A stretch of DNA of 64,000 nt from Spirochaetota bacterium (GCA_035400945.1 DAONAJ010000010.1:1840-65839); one strand, 5' to 3'. Positions 17,815 to 29,243 are shown, counted from the first letter of the stretch. The notes: a model not told the origin generated them from the letters alone. Numbers and translations are program-made.

Positions 17815-20106
17815 TTGTATTTACACGGCATGAAATCACTTTTAGAAATAGCGTCGCAATCTGTCCGGCATTTCCTCGGAAGCCAGAATATAAAATTTTC
17901 ATTATTATCACTCCTTGTCATTGTCTGCATTTCGACGATCATGCTTTCCCTGAATTTTTTCGGGACATCCTACCATTACGAGATCGGTGACATAGCCGAC
18001 GAGGATATACGGGTCCCCCGGGACATCGAGTATATCAATGAACCGGAAACCGCGGTTGAGCGGAAACGGGAAGCCGAATCAGTTCCCCTCGTGTTCGACA
18101 AGGACGCCTCGGTCCTTCAGAAAAAGCTCAATGTGACAAACGTGCTCATAAACCACGCCGTGGAGACGCTCAAGCAGTTCCCGCCGGCCGGGAATGACTT
18201 CACCTTCCAGGTCTATGCCATGAAGTCACGCATGCCCCGGTACCTGCAGTTCAACGACACGATTTTGCTCGAGGTCCTCAGGTTTAAGGACCATGCCAGG
18301 CTCAAAAAGATCATTTCAAGGATACTGATCTATATCTACGATGATTCCCAGATGGGGATCCTTGACAAGCCCTATGACAACCCGCTGAAGATTTACAACA
18401 ACAATGTCACGGTGAGGACCATTAATCTTCCCGAAACGGTCGATGAGGTCTCGCGGTCCCTGGATACGCTCAAGACCCTCGACGAGGTAAAGGGCAGCGT
18501 TCCCGGCATATGCGGCTCCATGGCCCCGCACCTTCAGAAACAGACCATAATGGCTATCAGCGGCATCGTGTCCGGCATCCTTGAACCCAACATATCCTTC
18601 AATACGGAGGAATCAAAACGAAGGATAGCTGAGGTCGTCAAAAAGGTGCCCCCCGTTACCAGCAAACTGAAAAAGGGAATGACCATCGTGAGGGAGGGTG
18701 ACACCGTCACCCAGGACGTGTTGAAGAAAATTGACATATACAACAAACAGACGGCCACCATCAACATAAGTTTCATCTTCGGCATACTTCTGGTCCAGGC
18801 CGTATTCTTCTTCATCTTCGGCTTTTTCCTCATGGAATTCAACAAGGTGTTCATGCCTGACAAGAAATCGACCATCATCATCTTTTCCCTCATTATCATG
18901 TTCATGGTCTACACATTCTTCATGTCGCGCATCGAATCACCCATTAATCCCAGGCTGACCTTCGCACTCCTGCTGCCCATATCATTTGCGACGATGATAC
19001 TGTCCATACTCTACAACCGCTACCTTTCCATCATCGCGGGTCTGTATATGATCTTCTTCACGACCCTGATCAGCGGCAGCAATATTTCGACGGCGATCAT
19101 TTCCTTCAGCACCGCCCTCGTGGGTGTCTTCGTCAACGAGAAGGTTGAACGGCGGACCGACTTCCTGCGGGGCGGCGTCATTGTCGGGGCGATAAACATC
19201 TTCATCATCATCTCGGTGGCCCTCATCCAGGAAATACCGGTCATTTCCATGAGCTTCCTGAAGATACTGGGGATTGCCTTCGCGAGCGGCGTCATCAATT
19301 CGATCCTGGTCCTGGGGATTCTTCCCGTTTATGAGAATATTTTCGGGATCACCACCAAGTTCAAGCTCCTGGAGCTTTCCGATCTTAACGCGGAAATATT
19401 TAAGGAAATGCTCATGAAGGCGCCCGGCACCTATAACCACTCCATGCTGGTCTCGACCATTTCCGAGGCGGCATGCAAGGAAATCGGCGCGAACCACCTG
19501 CTGGCGCGGGTCGGCGCTTACTACCATGACATCGGGAAAATCGCCGACGCCGGCATGTACATCGAGAACCGGGTAACCGATCCCAGGGCGAAGAGAATGT
19601 CGCCCCTTGAATACGCACAGCTCATTATCTCCCATGTGGACAAGGGGGTGGAACTGGCGAAGAAGAACTTTCTCCCGGAGTCCGTCATTGATTTTATCCG
19701 TGTCCATCACGGCCAGACGACGATGACCTTCTTTTATCACCAGGCCCTGGAAGCGGCCGAAAGCCATGAAAAAATCAACAAATCAGACTTCCAGTATCCC
19801 GGGCCGCGGCCCCACAGCAAGGAGACTGCCATCGTCATGCTGGCTGACTCGATAGAGGCGGCCGCCCGGTCGCTCCAGAACCCGTCATATGAAAAGCTGG
19901 GCGGTCTGGTGCAGAAGATAATTTTCAACAAGCTCAACGAGGGTGAGCTGGAATCATCGGACCTGTCCATGACCGAGCTGCGCATGATACAGGAAACGTT
20001 TCTCTCGCTGCTGAAGGGGGTTTTCCATTCCCGTATCGAATACCCCGAGGATTATGACCTGAAAAAACTGGAAAAGAAGATAAGGCAGAACCATGATACG
20101 GATTGA
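17815..20106 (+). CDS. 7TM receptor with HD phosphohydrolase domain (PgpH/YqfF-like)
   Basis: Multi-TM core followed by HSMLVS...YYHDIGK...HH HD-domain. The start is uncertain (TTG at 17815 or ATG at 17830). Confidence 0.85.
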   Translation: MYLHGMKSLLEIASQSVRHFLGSQNIKFSLLSLLVIVCISTIMLSLNFFGTSYHYEIGDIADEDIRVPRDIEYINEPETAVERKREAESVPLVFDKDASVLQKKLNVTNVLINHAVETLKQFPPAGNDFTFQVYAMKSRMPRYLQFNDTILLEVLRFKDHARLKKIISRILIYIYDDSQMGILDKPYDNPLKIYNNNVTVRTINLPETVDEVSRSLDTLKTLDEVKGSVPGICGSMAPHLQKQTIMAISGIVSGILEPNISFNTEESKRRIAEVVKKVPPVTSKLKKGMTIVREGDTVTQDVLKKIDIYNKQTATINISFIFGILLVQAVFFFIFGFFLMEFNKVFMPDKKSTIIIFSLIIMFMVYTFFMSRIESPINPRLTFALLLPISFATMILSILYNRYLSIIAGLYMIFFTTLISGSNISTAIISFSTALVGVFVNEKVERRTDFLRGGVIVGAINIFIIISVALIQEIPVISMSFLKILGIAFASGVINSILVLGILPVYENIFGITTKFKLLELSDLNAEIFKEMLMKAPGTYNHSMLVSTISEAACKEIGANHLLARVGAYYHDIGKIADAGMYIENRVTDPRAKRMSPLEYAQLIISHVDKGVELAKKNFLPESVIDFIRVHHGQTTMTFFYHQALEAAESHEKINKSDFQYPGPRPHSKETAIVMLADSIEAAARSLQNPSYEKLGGLVQKIIFNKLNEGELESSDLSMTELRMIQETFLSLLKGVFHSRIEYPEDYDLKKLEKKIRQNHDTD

Positions 20107-20548
20107 CGTATTCTGCGAAGACATCACGCTGCCGTACAAGAAGATCGGCAAGAACAAGATAAGGGGTGCGGCATCGGCCGCTGCCGAAATGCTAGACCTG
20201 AAGGACGCCTCGATCACCATCGTCATGACCGGCGATCAGTACATGCGGAAGATAAACCGTGAATTCAGGGGCCATGACGAGCCGACCGATGTCATTTCAT
20301 TTTCAAACAGGGACAATCCTTTCCCTGCCGTTGATGACACCTGCGAAGAAATAGGCGATATCTACATATCCATCGACCGGGCCGACCGCCAGTCCCAGGA
20401 ATACCGCGTCACGCTTCAGGATGAGCTGAAGCGCCTCATCGTCCATGGCATGCTCCATCTCATCGGTTACGACCACGAACGGTCGGACGAGGACGAGGAA
20501 ATTATGCTCAGAAAAGAAGAGGAGATCTGCCGGAGCATTACCTTCTAG
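20093..20548 (+). CDS. ybeY: rRNA maturation endoribonuclease YbeY
   Basis: HGMLHLIGYDHE zinc-binding motif. Confidence 0.9.
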   Translation: MIRIDVFCEDITLPYKKIGKNKIRGAASAAAEMLDLKDASITIVMTGDQYMRKINREFRGHDEPTDVISFSNRDNPFPAVDDTCEEIGDIYISIDRADRQSQEYRVTLQDELKRLIVHGMLHLIGYDHERSDEDEEIMLRKEEEICRSITF

Positions 20549-20555
20549 GCGGCTG

Positions 20556-22304
20556 TTATGCCCCTGTCAGACCCATGAGGTCCTTTTTCAGCGCGTCCAA
20601 CTTTTCCTGCACCTTCTTTTTCGCGTCGGCAAGGTTCCCTGCATTGGCCTCCCCGCAGACGCTGAAATAGAATTTTATCTTCGGCTCGGTGCCTGACGGG
20701 CGCATGGTGATCTTGGAGCCGTCTTCAAGGTAGAACTGGATGACGTTGGACGAGGGGAGGTCGGTGATTTTTTCGTCCGCGCCGGTTTTCAGGTTTTTTC
20801 GGACCAGGCTCTTGAGGTCGGCCATGGATTCGACCGCGATCGATGATATCGCCGCCGGCGGCGTTGAGCGGAATTTCTCCATGAGGCTCCTGATCTTTTC
20901 CGTGCCTTCCTTGCCTTTAAGGGTGAGGGAAAGGAGGTCTTCGAGATAGAGTCCGTGGGCGGCGTATATTTCGTCCAGGAAACCGTAAAGTGTCTTGTTC
21001 CTGCTCTTGAGCCAGTCGGCCATTTCTGCGAAGAAATAACAGGAGCTGACAGCGTCCTTGTCGCGCACGAAGCGCACCGGCAGGTACCCGTAGCTTTCCT
21101 CGCCGCCGAACATGAACGTTGCCGACCCGGTATCGTCGAACTCCTTCATCTTTGACGCGATCCACTTGAAGCCGGTCAGGACGTCAAAGATTCTGCACTT
21201 GAAGCTTTCCGCAATTTTTCGCTGGAGCTCGGTCGTGACGACTGTCTTGATAACCGCCGCGTCGGCCGGGAGGGTGCCGTTCTCCTTTGAGCGCAAAAGG
21301 ATATAATATTCCAGCATGGTGCCGATCTGGTTCCCGTTTATAAGAATATATCCGCCGTCCGGCCCCTTGAAGCCAACGCCCATCCGGTCCGCATCGGGAT
21401 CAGTGGCCAGGATGATGTCGGCGTTCTCGGCGCGGGCCAGGGCGGTAACCATTCCCATGGCCTCTTTTTCCTCAGGGTTCGGATATTTCACCGTGGGGAA
21501 GTTCCCGTCGGGATGCGACTGTTCTTTCTGGACCAGCACGTCGGTGAATCCAAAATGGTTCAGGATGCGGGGGATGATCCGGTACCCGGTGCCGTGAATA
21601 GGGGTATATGCAATACGAACCGTTGATTTACCCTTCGGCCTGAGGGCGGCTTTTTCGAGCTCGGCAACATAGGCTTCGGTGACTTCATCGGTAATCAGCT
21701 TGATTGTTCCGGAGGATACGCCGTCCTTGAAGGGTATTTTTTTTATCTTGGAGATTGAATCGACACGGTTTACCTCGGCTATTATGAGATCGTCATGGGG
21801 CGGGGTGATCTGCCCGCCATCGTCCCAGTATACCTTGTAGCCGTTGTATTCCGGCGGGTTATGGCTTGCGGTGATGACGACCCCGGCGACGGCCTTGAGG
21901 TGCCGGATGGCGAAGGACGCCAGGGGCGTCGGCATGATATCATCGAAGAGAAATACCGGGATGCCGTTGGCGGCGAGGATCGACGCAGTTTCGTAGGCAA
22001 AGGTATCGGAAAGACGCCTGGAGTCCCTGGCAATGACTACGCCGGTGCCGGCAGAACCGTTCTTTCCGATGTAATTGGCAAGGCCCTGCGTCGCCATGCC
22101 GACGGTATATATGTTCATCCGATTGGTCCCGGCACCGATAACCCCGCGGAGTCCGCCGGTGCCGAATTCCAGGGTCCGGTAGAAGCGGTCCTCGAGTTCA
22201 TTGTCTTCCTTCTTTTCGACAAGGGACTCTATTTCCCGTATGGTACCAGTATCAAAGGGTGGCCGTGTCCATTCATCGATGCGCTTTAGTATGCTGGAAT
22301 CCAT
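20556..22304 (-). CDS. Phosphoglucomutase / phospho-sugar mutase (about 580 aa class)
   Basis: TASHNPPEYNGYK, ATDPDADR and GEESYG motifs. Confidence 0.85.
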   Translation of the reverse strand: MDSSILKRIDEWTRPPFDTGTIREIESLVEKKEDNELEDRFYRTLEFGTGGLRGVIGAGTNRMNIYTVGMATQGLANYIGKNGSAGTGVVIARDSRRLSDTFAYETASILAANGIPVFLFDDIMPTPLASFAIRHLKAVAGVVITASHNPPEYNGYKVYWDDGGQITPPHDDLIIAEVNRVDSISKIKKIPFKDGVSSGTIKLITDEVTEAYVAELEKAALRPKGKSTVRIAYTPIHGTGYRIIPRILNHFGFTDVLVQKEQSHPDGNFPTVKYPNPEEKEAMGMVTALARAENADIILATDPDADRMGVGFKGPDGGYILINGNQIGTMLEYYILLRSKENGTLPADAAVIKTVVTTELQRKIAESFKCRIFDVLTGFKWIASKMKEFDDTGSATFMFGGEESYGYLPVRFVRDKDAVSSCYFFAEMADWLKSRNKTLYGFLDEIYAAHGLYLEDLLSLTLKGKEGTEKIRSLMEKFRSTPPAAISSIAVESMADLKSLVRKNLKTGADEKITDLPSSNVIQFYLEDGSKITMRPSGTEPKIKFYFSVCGEANAGNLADAKKKVQEKLDALKKDLMGLTGA

Positions 22305-22411
22305 GTTCCCATCCTGTTTGTAAAGTTGTCAAAAATACGTTGTATTTCGGCGGGCGGGATGAGTCAAGAAAATTAATAGACACCGTACACGCATGGGGAT
22401 ATCTTGATAGC

Positions 22412-23827
22412 ATGGATCCGATAATCACAGGGATAAAGGGTTTTATAAGACAGCATGGCCTTTTCACCGGGAGTGACCGGCTGCTGCTTTCGCTGTCCGC
22501 CGGGAAAGATTCCATGTTCCTCCTCCATGTGATTTCCGTTTTGCGCAATGAGATGGGAATTGAAGCGGGAATTTTTCACCTCAATCACAGGATGCGCGGC
22601 AAGGATTCGGACCGGGACGAGGAATTCGTGCGCGCCATGGGAGAACGGCACGGTATGGATGTCCATGTGTGCAGCCACGATTTCAGGATCGAACGCACTG
22701 CCGGCATATCCTTCGAAGAGGATGCGCGCAATGTGCGATACCGGCTTCTTCACAGGATAGCCGGGGACAATGGCTATAATATCATTGCGACGGCCCATTC
22801 GAGGGATGACCAGATAGAAACCGTGCTGATGAGGATAATGACGGGAACCGGGATACACGGCCTTCAGGGGATCCCTCCGCGGCGGGGCAACATAGTCAGG
22901 CCGATTCTGGCGGTTTCCGCCGGAGAGATATATGACTATCTGAAAGCCCGCGGCCTTGAATGGCGGGAAGATGCCAGCAATGAAGATACGGCATATTCGA
23001 GAAACTACATCAGGAACCGGGTGCTGCCTGTTATAAGGGAGAAATTCCCCATGGCTGACGGGGCAATCCTGTCACTTGTTGAGGTTGCCGGCGAGAGCCT
23101 TGCCTTGATTGACGGGCTTATCCATGTACAATACGACCATGCAGTTACAGAAGAAGACAACGATGCATATGTTGACGCTGAAGCGCTGCGGCACAGTTTT
23201 CCTCTTTTTGCCCACATCCTATCATCGGTTATACGCAGGAAGTTCTATCATCATGTCAACCGGAGCATGCTTCAGGAAATCTTTTCAAAATTCATGGTTG
23301 AGCGGGCCAACATCAATATCTATGCCGATAAAAGGATCCGGATTGAGAAGCTTTTCAGGAGAAAGAAAAGCTGGCTGAGATTATCGGTGCCGGACTCGAT
23401 CTGTGCCTCGACGGAAAAGTGGATGTATCCCGTGGACCTGGAAACGGCGCCGGAGCAGATTGTCGAAATTCAGGAAATAGGCATATCGGTAACTGTAAAG
23501 GCCGTCGATTATGGTTTTTTTGAAAAATTCCGTAAAAATCCAGGTTATATTTTTGTAACAATGGAAAAAAATAATAAATCCTTATATATTAGAAACAGGA
23601 GGGAGGGGGATTATATCAGGACGGAAAAAGGGAGTAAAAAAGTTAAGGATTTATTCATCGAAAAGAAGCTAGATAATGCCAGTAAGGATCGGGTCCCGCT
23701 ATTACTGGCCGGAGATACGGTTATAGCATGCATGACCGGTTTTTTATTTGATGCTCCCAACAGAATTGCCGCGGATTTTCTGGTGGACAAAAATTCAAAA
23801 AAAGTGATAGCTGTCATTAAAAATTAA
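22412..23827 (+). CDS. tilS: tRNA(Ile)-lysidine synthase
   Basis: PP-loop LSLSAGKDS and the classic position upstream of ftsH. The start is set at the internal ATG (MDPIITGIK...). Confidence 0.85.
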   Translation: MDPIITGIKGFIRQHGLFTGSDRLLLSLSAGKDSMFLLHVISVLRNEMGIEAGIFHLNHRMRGKDSDRDEEFVRAMGERHGMDVHVCSHDFRIERTAGISFEEDARNVRYRLLHRIAGDNGYNIIATAHSRDDQIETVLMRIMTGTGIHGLQGIPPRRGNIVRPILAVSAGEIYDYLKARGLEWREDASNEDTAYSRNYIRNRVLPVIREKFPMADGAILSLVEVAGESLALIDGLIHVQYDHAVTEEDNDAYVDAEALRHSFPLFAHILSSVIRRKFYHHVNRSMLQEIFSKFMVERANINIYADKRIRIEKLFRRKKSWLRLSVPDSICASTEKWMYPVDLETAPEQIVEIQEIGISVTVKAVDYGFFEKFRKNPGYIFVTMEKNNKSLYIRNRREGDYIRTEKGSKKVKDLFIEKKLDNASKDRVPLLLAGDTVIACMTGFLFDAPNRIAADFLVDKNSKKVIAVIKN

Positions 23828-23859
23828 CAGTACAAGGATTGATTTCACGGGAGATGTAA

Positions 23860-25791
23860 ATGAATAAAACTGCGAAACAAATCGCCCTGCTTCTTCTTAT
23901 AGGGCTTATTCTCATAGCGATATTTCAGCTTAACCAGACAGACAAAGACAAGAAATTACTGAGTTACAGCGAGTTCATGGTCAAGGTGGCGAACAAGGAT
24001 ATCTCGCGCGTTACCATTGAAAACAACAAGAAGATCATCGGCTATTACAGGGTAAACAAAATTGACGAGGCCAAGAAGCCAGAGTCGAAGGGATTCGTGA
24101 AGAGAGAAAACCCTGACTTTGAAACGGTCATTCCCTATGAAGACCCCGAGCTCATAAAGACGCTCATTGCCAACGAGGTAAAGGTTGAAGGCAAGGAGGA
24201 TGACGATAATATTTTCCTGAAGGGCGTGCTCAATTTCCTGCCGTGGCTCCTGTTTTTCGGCTTCATATGGTTTATAATGATAAGGCAGATTCAGTCCACC
24301 GGGAACAAGGCGCTGTCCTTCGGAAAGAGCAGGGCGAAACTGAATCCTGAAACGAAACGGAAGGTGACCTTTGCAGATGTCGCCGGCGTTGACGAAGCGA
24401 AAGAGGAGCTCAGAGAAATCGTTGAATTCCTCAAGGAGCCGAAGAAATTCATCAACATCGGCGCCAAAATCCCGACCGGCGTGCTCCTCATGGGCCCTCC
24501 GGGGACCGGCAAGACCCTCCTTGCCCGCGCCATAGCCGGCGAGGCCGGGGTGCCGTTCTTTTCCATCAGCGGTTCAGATTTCGTTGAGATGTTCGTCGGT
24601 GTCGGCGCTTCACGGGTGCGTGACCTCTTCGACCAGGGCAAGAAAAGCGCTCCCTGTATAATATTTATCGATGAAATTGACGCAGTGGGCCGTCTCCGCG
24701 GGGCCGGGCTCGGCGGCGGACATGACGAGCGGGAGCAGACGCTGAACCAGCTCCTGGTGGAAATGGACGGTTTCGAGACCAACGAGGGGGTCATCATCAT
24801 AGCGGCAACCAACAGACCCGACGTCCTTGACCCTGCGCTCCTCAGACCGGGCCGTTTTGACCGCGAGGTGGTGGTGGATATTCCCGATGTGAAGGGGAGG
24901 GAAAAGATCCTGGCGGTCCATTCCAAGAAGATCCCATTGTCGCGGGAAGTTGACCTCAAGATAATTGCCCGCGGCACGCCCGGTTTCACCGGCGCCGATC
25001 TGGCGAACCTTGTTAACGAATCGGCCCTTCTCGCCGCACGGAGGGGGCGGAAGCGTGTCACCATGGAAGACATGGAAGACGCAAAAGACAAGGTCCTGAT
25101 GGGGCCGGAACGACGCTCGATACTTATCTCCGACAAGGAGAAGGAGATCACCGCGTACCATGAAGGCGGCCATGCCATCCTGGGCGTTCTGACGGGATCG
25201 GACCCGGTACACAAGGTCACCATAATACCGCGGGGAAGGGCGCTGGGCGTAACCATGCAGCTTCCCAAGGAAGACCGGCGTCTCTATTCCAAGAAGCACT
25301 GGCTTGACCAGATCACGGTGCTGTTCGGCGGGCACCTGGCCGAAGAGATGAAATTCAAGGAAGTGACGACCGGCTCGAGCAGCGACCTGGAACGGGCTTC
25401 GGACATAGCGCGCAAGATGGTATGCGAATGGGGCATGAGCGAAAAACTGGGGCCGATAACATTCGGGAAAAGGAACGAGCAGATATTCCTCGGAAGGGAG
25501 ATATCACAGCACCGCGACTACAGCGAAACAACGGCGCAGCTCATCGATGAGGAAGTGAACGCCATCATTGATTCATGCAAGAATAATGCGATGAAGCTTC
25601 TGAAAAAGAACATGACCAAGCTCGACCGTCTTGCGCAGAATCTCATTGAGCGGGAGACCCTGACCGGGGAGGAGATAAACACCATCATGGCGGGACAAAA
25701 ACTGCCCCCGGTCCATAACCATGATGAAAAATCCAAACCGTCGGCCGCGGAAAAAGTAACCGCGGAGACGCCGGAAACCGGCGAAAAATAA
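23860..25791 (+). CDS. ftsH: ATP-dependent zinc metalloprotease FtsH
   Basis: [19 protein letters not shown] and HEGGHA motifs. Confidence 0.95.
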   Translation: MNKTAKQIALLLLIGLILIAIFQLNQTDKDKKLLSYSEFMVKVANKDISRVTIENNKKIIGYYRVNKIDEAKKPESKGFVKRENPDFETVIPYEDPELIKTLIANEVKVEGKEDDDNIFLKGVLNFLPWLLFFGFIWFIMIRQIQSTGNKALSFGKSRAKLNPETKRKVTFADVAGVDEAKEELREIVEFLKEPKKFINIGAKIPTGVLLMGPPGTGKTLLARAIAGEAGVPFFSISGSDFVEMFVGVGASRVRDLFDQGKKSAPCIIFIDEIDAVGRLRGAGLGGGHDEREQTLNQLLVEMDGFETNEGVIIIAATNRPDVLDPALLRPGRFDREVVVDIPDVKGREKILAVHSKKIPLSREVDLKIIARGTPGFTGADLANLVNESALLAARRGRKRVTMEDMEDAKDKVLMGPERRSILISDKEKEITAYHEGGHAILGVLTGSDPVHKVTIIPRGRALGVTMQLPKEDRRLYSKKHWLDQITVLFGGHLAEEMKFKEVTTGSSSDLERASDIARKMVCEWGMSEKLGPITFGKRNEQIFLGREISQHRDYSETTAQLIDEEVNAIIDSCKNNAMKLLKKNMTKLDRLAQNLIERETLTGEEINTIMAGQKLPPVHNHDEKSKPSAAEKVTAETPETGEK

Positions 25792-25805
25792 ATCCGGGTG
25801 CGCCC

Positions 25806-26792
25806 ATGAACGAAATTGATCAAATTCTTCTGAATATCGACAAGGATGACGATGATAATTTTTTTCATGGTAATGAATCAGAAAACAAGCGCAACGATGA
25901 ATTATCCCAATTAATAGAATCACTGGATGGCAAGATAGCAAAAAATGAATCAATCCAGGAGGGGGAGCCGCCTGAGGTCCTGGACGCAGAGAAGAGCGGG
26001 CACGGCAGCGATGCGGCGCACGGCGCCGTTTCAGAGGCGGAGCAGGAAGCTGAAGTCAGAGCCAATGAAGCGTTTGCCGGCGGGATGTTCACCCTCAGGG
26101 GATCAAAAAGCTGGAACAGAAGGGAGCCGTATATTATCGCGGTTGACCCTGACGGCTACCGTAACGACCTCGAAAGCCTCCAGAAATCATTTTTCTTCGT
26201 TGAAGCATCTTCCGACCATGAAGCAATGAAACAGAAGATTAAACAGGAAATCGTGGCTTTCCTGCGCAAGCCGTCAGGCCATATCACGGAACAATATACC
26301 GATTTTATTTTCAAGAAAATATCGGTTGCCGCCGGTACGCTGTCTGAGAATTTCAAGCTGGATCCTGAATCGGAAAAACTTTTCATCTATCACATCGGCC
26401 CCCTGACGGTTTACAAGTATTTGAAAGATGATTTCTACCAGAACAAGTACGGGTATTGCTACAAGTATCTGCCCGGCAACAAGGCCGCGCGGTTTTTCCC
26501 TGATGAATTCATAAAGACCACGGTGCTGAAGTGGTTCGAGCAGAACATCAACATCCTGAACCTGCCTTTTGACAGCATACAGAGATACGAGGAAATGAAG
26601 AAAATTGCCTCAAGGAAATATTATAACGACCTGCGCACCTTTAATACCCGCCTTGACCAGCTGAACTCTAAACTGGGAGCGGAAAAATCGATCAGCAGGA
26701 TGAAGCTGTTTCAGGTAAAGGGCATCCAGTGGTTCGGTCATCTCAATATTGAGGTATACCGGCGGTTTTTCGGCGGCACCATCTTCATGTAA
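25806..26792 (+). CDS. Hypothetical protein, 328 aa, acidic N-terminus
   Basis: Long ORF 14 nt after ftsH. No family recognised. Confidence 0.5.
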   Translation: MNEIDQILLNIDKDDDDNFFHGNESENKRNDELSQLIESLDGKIAKNESIQEGEPPEVLDAEKSGHGSDAAHGAVSEAEQEAEVRANEAFAGGMFTLRGSKSWNRREPYIIAVDPDGYRNDLESLQKSFFFVEASSDHEAMKQKIKQEIVAFLRKPSGHITEQYTDFIFKKISVAAGTLSENFKLDPESEKLFIYHIGPLTVYKYLKDDFYQNKYGYCYKYLPGNKAARFFPDEFIKTTVLKWFEQNINILNLPFDSIQRYEEMKKIASRKYYNDLRTFNTRLDQLNSKLGAEKSISRMKLFQVKGIQWFGHLNIEVYRRFFGGTIFM

Positions 26793-26812
26793 AAGCCGTT
26801 ACCGGGGCACGA

Positions 26813-28912
26813 TCAGGACAGTATGGTGAGAAGCTTTTTGTTCCGGATACCGTTAAGGAGCGGGCTGTATTTCCTGTTCCTGAACTGGTCCCAGAGAACC
26901 CGTATGTCCTCGATGCCGGAAACCAGCCGCTCGGAGACCTCCCTGGCGTACAGAATAAGGTCAATGTCAAGGGACAGGTCGGTAAATTCGAAGCTACCGC
27001 CGTGCCCGTGCTGCCGGAAACCTATCAGCTCGCCGGCCCCGCGCTGTTTGAGATCCTCCTCGGAAATGGTAAATCCGTCATTTGTTGATACAATGGTTTC
27101 AATCCTTGTCTTGCTTTCCTCCGATATTTCGTCGGGGCTTATGAGAACGCAGAAGGACTGGTGCTCGCCCCGTCCGACGCGGCCCCTGAGCTGGTGGAGC
27201 TGCGACAGGCCGAACCGTTCCGCGTGCTCGATCACAATGACCGTGGCATTGGGCACGTCAATCCCGACTTCAATGACAGTGGTGCACACCAGGATGTCTA
27301 TTGCGCCGTTCTTGAAACGGTCCATGACCTCATCTCGTTCGGGCTGTTTCATCCGGCCGTGAAGGAGCCCGACGCGGCGCTCGGGAAAAATGTCATTCTT
27401 CAGGTGGTCAAAGACCTGCATGGCAGATTTGAGGTCGATTTTATCCGAATCCTCGATGAGGGGCAGGACATAGTAAATCTGCCGTCCCTGTAAAATATAC
27501 CTTTCCAGGGAATTGTAAACGCCCTGGAGCCTCGATTCCGGGAACGACATGGTCTTGACAGGGAGCCTGTTGGCAGGCATCTCGCGTATGGAAGTAAGGT
27601 TCAGGTCGCCGTAGAGAGTGAGGGAAAGTGACCGCGGGATGGGCGTCGCAGTCATGACAAGAAGATCGGCCGTTTCCCCTTTTTCCCGCAGGGCTGAACG
27701 CTGCTCGACGCCAAAGCGGTGCTGCTCGTCAATAACAATGAGACCGAGATCCCTGAATGCAACTTCATCCTGTATTATCGCATGGGTGCCGATGAGAAGG
27801 TCGGTGCCTCCCACCAGGACGGATTCATATATTTTTTTCTTTTCGCTTTTCGGCGTGCTGCCGGTCAGGAGATCAATCTTCATTGAGCCGCCCATCATCT
27901 TCAGGGCATTGCCGTAATGCTGGTTGGCAAGGATCTCGGTCGGGGCCATGAGGACTGCCTGGCGTCCCTGTTCCAGGACCATTGTTATCGCGGCCAGGGC
28001 AACGACGGTTTTCCCGGATCCCACATCGCCCTGGAGAAGGCGGTTCATCGGGCTGGGAGAGGTGATGTCGCGATACAGGGTTTCAACTGCAGTCTTCTGA
28101 TCGGTTGTTAGTTCGAAGGGAAGCGATGACAGGAAGGCGCGGTACTTCGAGCCGTCAATTGCCGTTATTTTCTTCCGGTTCACTTCCCTGGCGTACCTCC
28201 GGGAAAGGGAGAGATAGTATTGATGGAAGAACATTTCGTTAAAAGCAAGCCGCCTCCGGGCCTGTTCGGCCTGTTCGAAGGATTCAGGAAAATGTATGGC
28301 GAGCACGGCATCGCCGATACCCATGAGGCTGTGACGCTGCAGGATGTCGGCGTCAATTGTCTCCCTGATGCCGGAGCGGTATGAATCCAGGGCGGTTCGA
28401 ATCGCCCGGCGGAAACCCCGCGAGTCGAAGCCCAGGGCTTTCAGCTTTTCCGTTGAACGGTAGAGGGGGATTATCCTGCCGGTATTGATAGCCCGGATCC
28501 CGGATCCGGAGGTGTCATCGATAAAGTCAAAGTCGGGATGGACCATCTGCTTTTTCCGGTAAAAATTTATTTTACCGGAAAAAATTACATTGTCGCCGAT
28601 TGAAAAGAGCCTGGCGAAATACTGAACGCCGCCGAAAAAAACTCCGGTAAGGGTATCGGTTCCGTCGCTTATCTCCACCTCGAGGAATTTCTTCCTGTTG
28701 CCGGTAATGGAAACGTTCTGGATAGTGCCTGACACGGTAACCACGTCATTAAGGAAACAGTCTTTCAGCAGCTTGAAAAAAGAACGGTCTATATACCGGC
28801 GGGGAATGTAGTAGAGGAGGTCCTCGACGGTTTCAATACCGGCTTCGTCCCTGAGCACCTGCGCCTTTTTGGGCCCTATCCCCTGTAGAGCGGTGACATT
28901 GTCTCCTAACAC
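26813..28912 (-). CDS. recG: ATP-dependent DNA helicase RecG
   Basis: GDVGSGKT, DEQHRFG and QLRGRVGRG motifs. I propose a GTG start at 28912, 1 nt after the TAG of the upstream ORF (N-terminus VLGDNVTALQGIGPKKA). Confidence 0.9.
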   Translation of the reverse strand: MLGDNVTALQGIGPKKAQVLRDEAGIETVEDLLYYIPRRYIDRSFFKLLKDCFLNDVVTVSGTIQNVSITGNRKKFLEVEISDGTDTLTGVFFGGVQYFARLFSIGDNVIFSGKINFYRKKQMVHPDFDFIDDTSGSGIRAINTGRIIPLYRSTEKLKALGFDSRGFRRAIRTALDSYRSGIRETIDADILQRHSLMGIGDAVLAIHFPESFEQAEQARRRLAFNEMFFHQYYLSLSRRYAREVNRKKITAIDGSKYRAFLSSLPFELTTDQKTAVETLYRDITSPSPMNRLLQGDVGSGKTVVALAAITMVLEQGRQAVLMAPTEILANQHYGNALKMMGGSMKIDLLTGSTPKSEKKKIYESVLVGGTDLLIGTHAIIQDEVAFRDLGLIVIDEQHRFGVEQRSALREKGETADLLVMTATPIPRSLSLTLYGDLNLTSIREMPANRLPVKTMSFPESRLQGVYNSLERYILQGRQIYYVLPLIEDSDKIDLKSAMQVFDHLKNDIFPERRVGLLHGRMKQPERDEVMDRFKNGAIDILVCTTVIEVGIDVPNATVIVIEHAERFGLSQLHQLRGRVGRGEHQSFCVLISPDEISEESKTRIETIVSTNDGFTISEEDLKQRGAGELIGFRQHGHGGSFEFTDLSLDIDLILYAREVSERLVSGIEDIRVLWDQFRNRKYSPLLNGIRNKKLLTILS

Positions 28913-28913
28913 G

Positions 28914-29243
28914 CTATTCCTCTTCGGCGATATACCATACCGAGTCGGGTAACTGCACGTATTTCCCATCGCGGGTATAGAAATAAGTGTAATTTCGCTC
29001 TCCTGAACCTCCCCGTGAATAGCCAGAGGTGATCTTCTGTATGCCTACCCACCGTTTGATGATTCGTCCGTCATATCCGAATACGGTGACGGTCATGTTC
29101 TGTCCTGTTACCGTGTCGATCTTTCTTCTGAACTGCTGCCGCTGTTCATAGGTGAAAAAGTACCTGAAAAAAATAAAACCACCGAGAACCAGGACAACCA
29201 GAAGCAGGACGCCCAGTATTTTCGTTTTTATTGATCCGGCCAT
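28914..29243 (-). CDS. Small membrane-anchored hypothetical protein, 109 aa
   Basis: One N-terminal TM helix (ILGVLLLVVLVLGGFIFF). It abuts recG. Confidence 0.45.
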   Translation of the reverse strand: MAGSIKTKILGVLLLVVLVLGGFIFFRYFFTYEQRQQFRRKIDTVTGQNMTVTVFGYDGRIIKRWVGIQKITSGYSRGGSGERNYTYFYTRDGKYVQLPDSVWYIAEEE

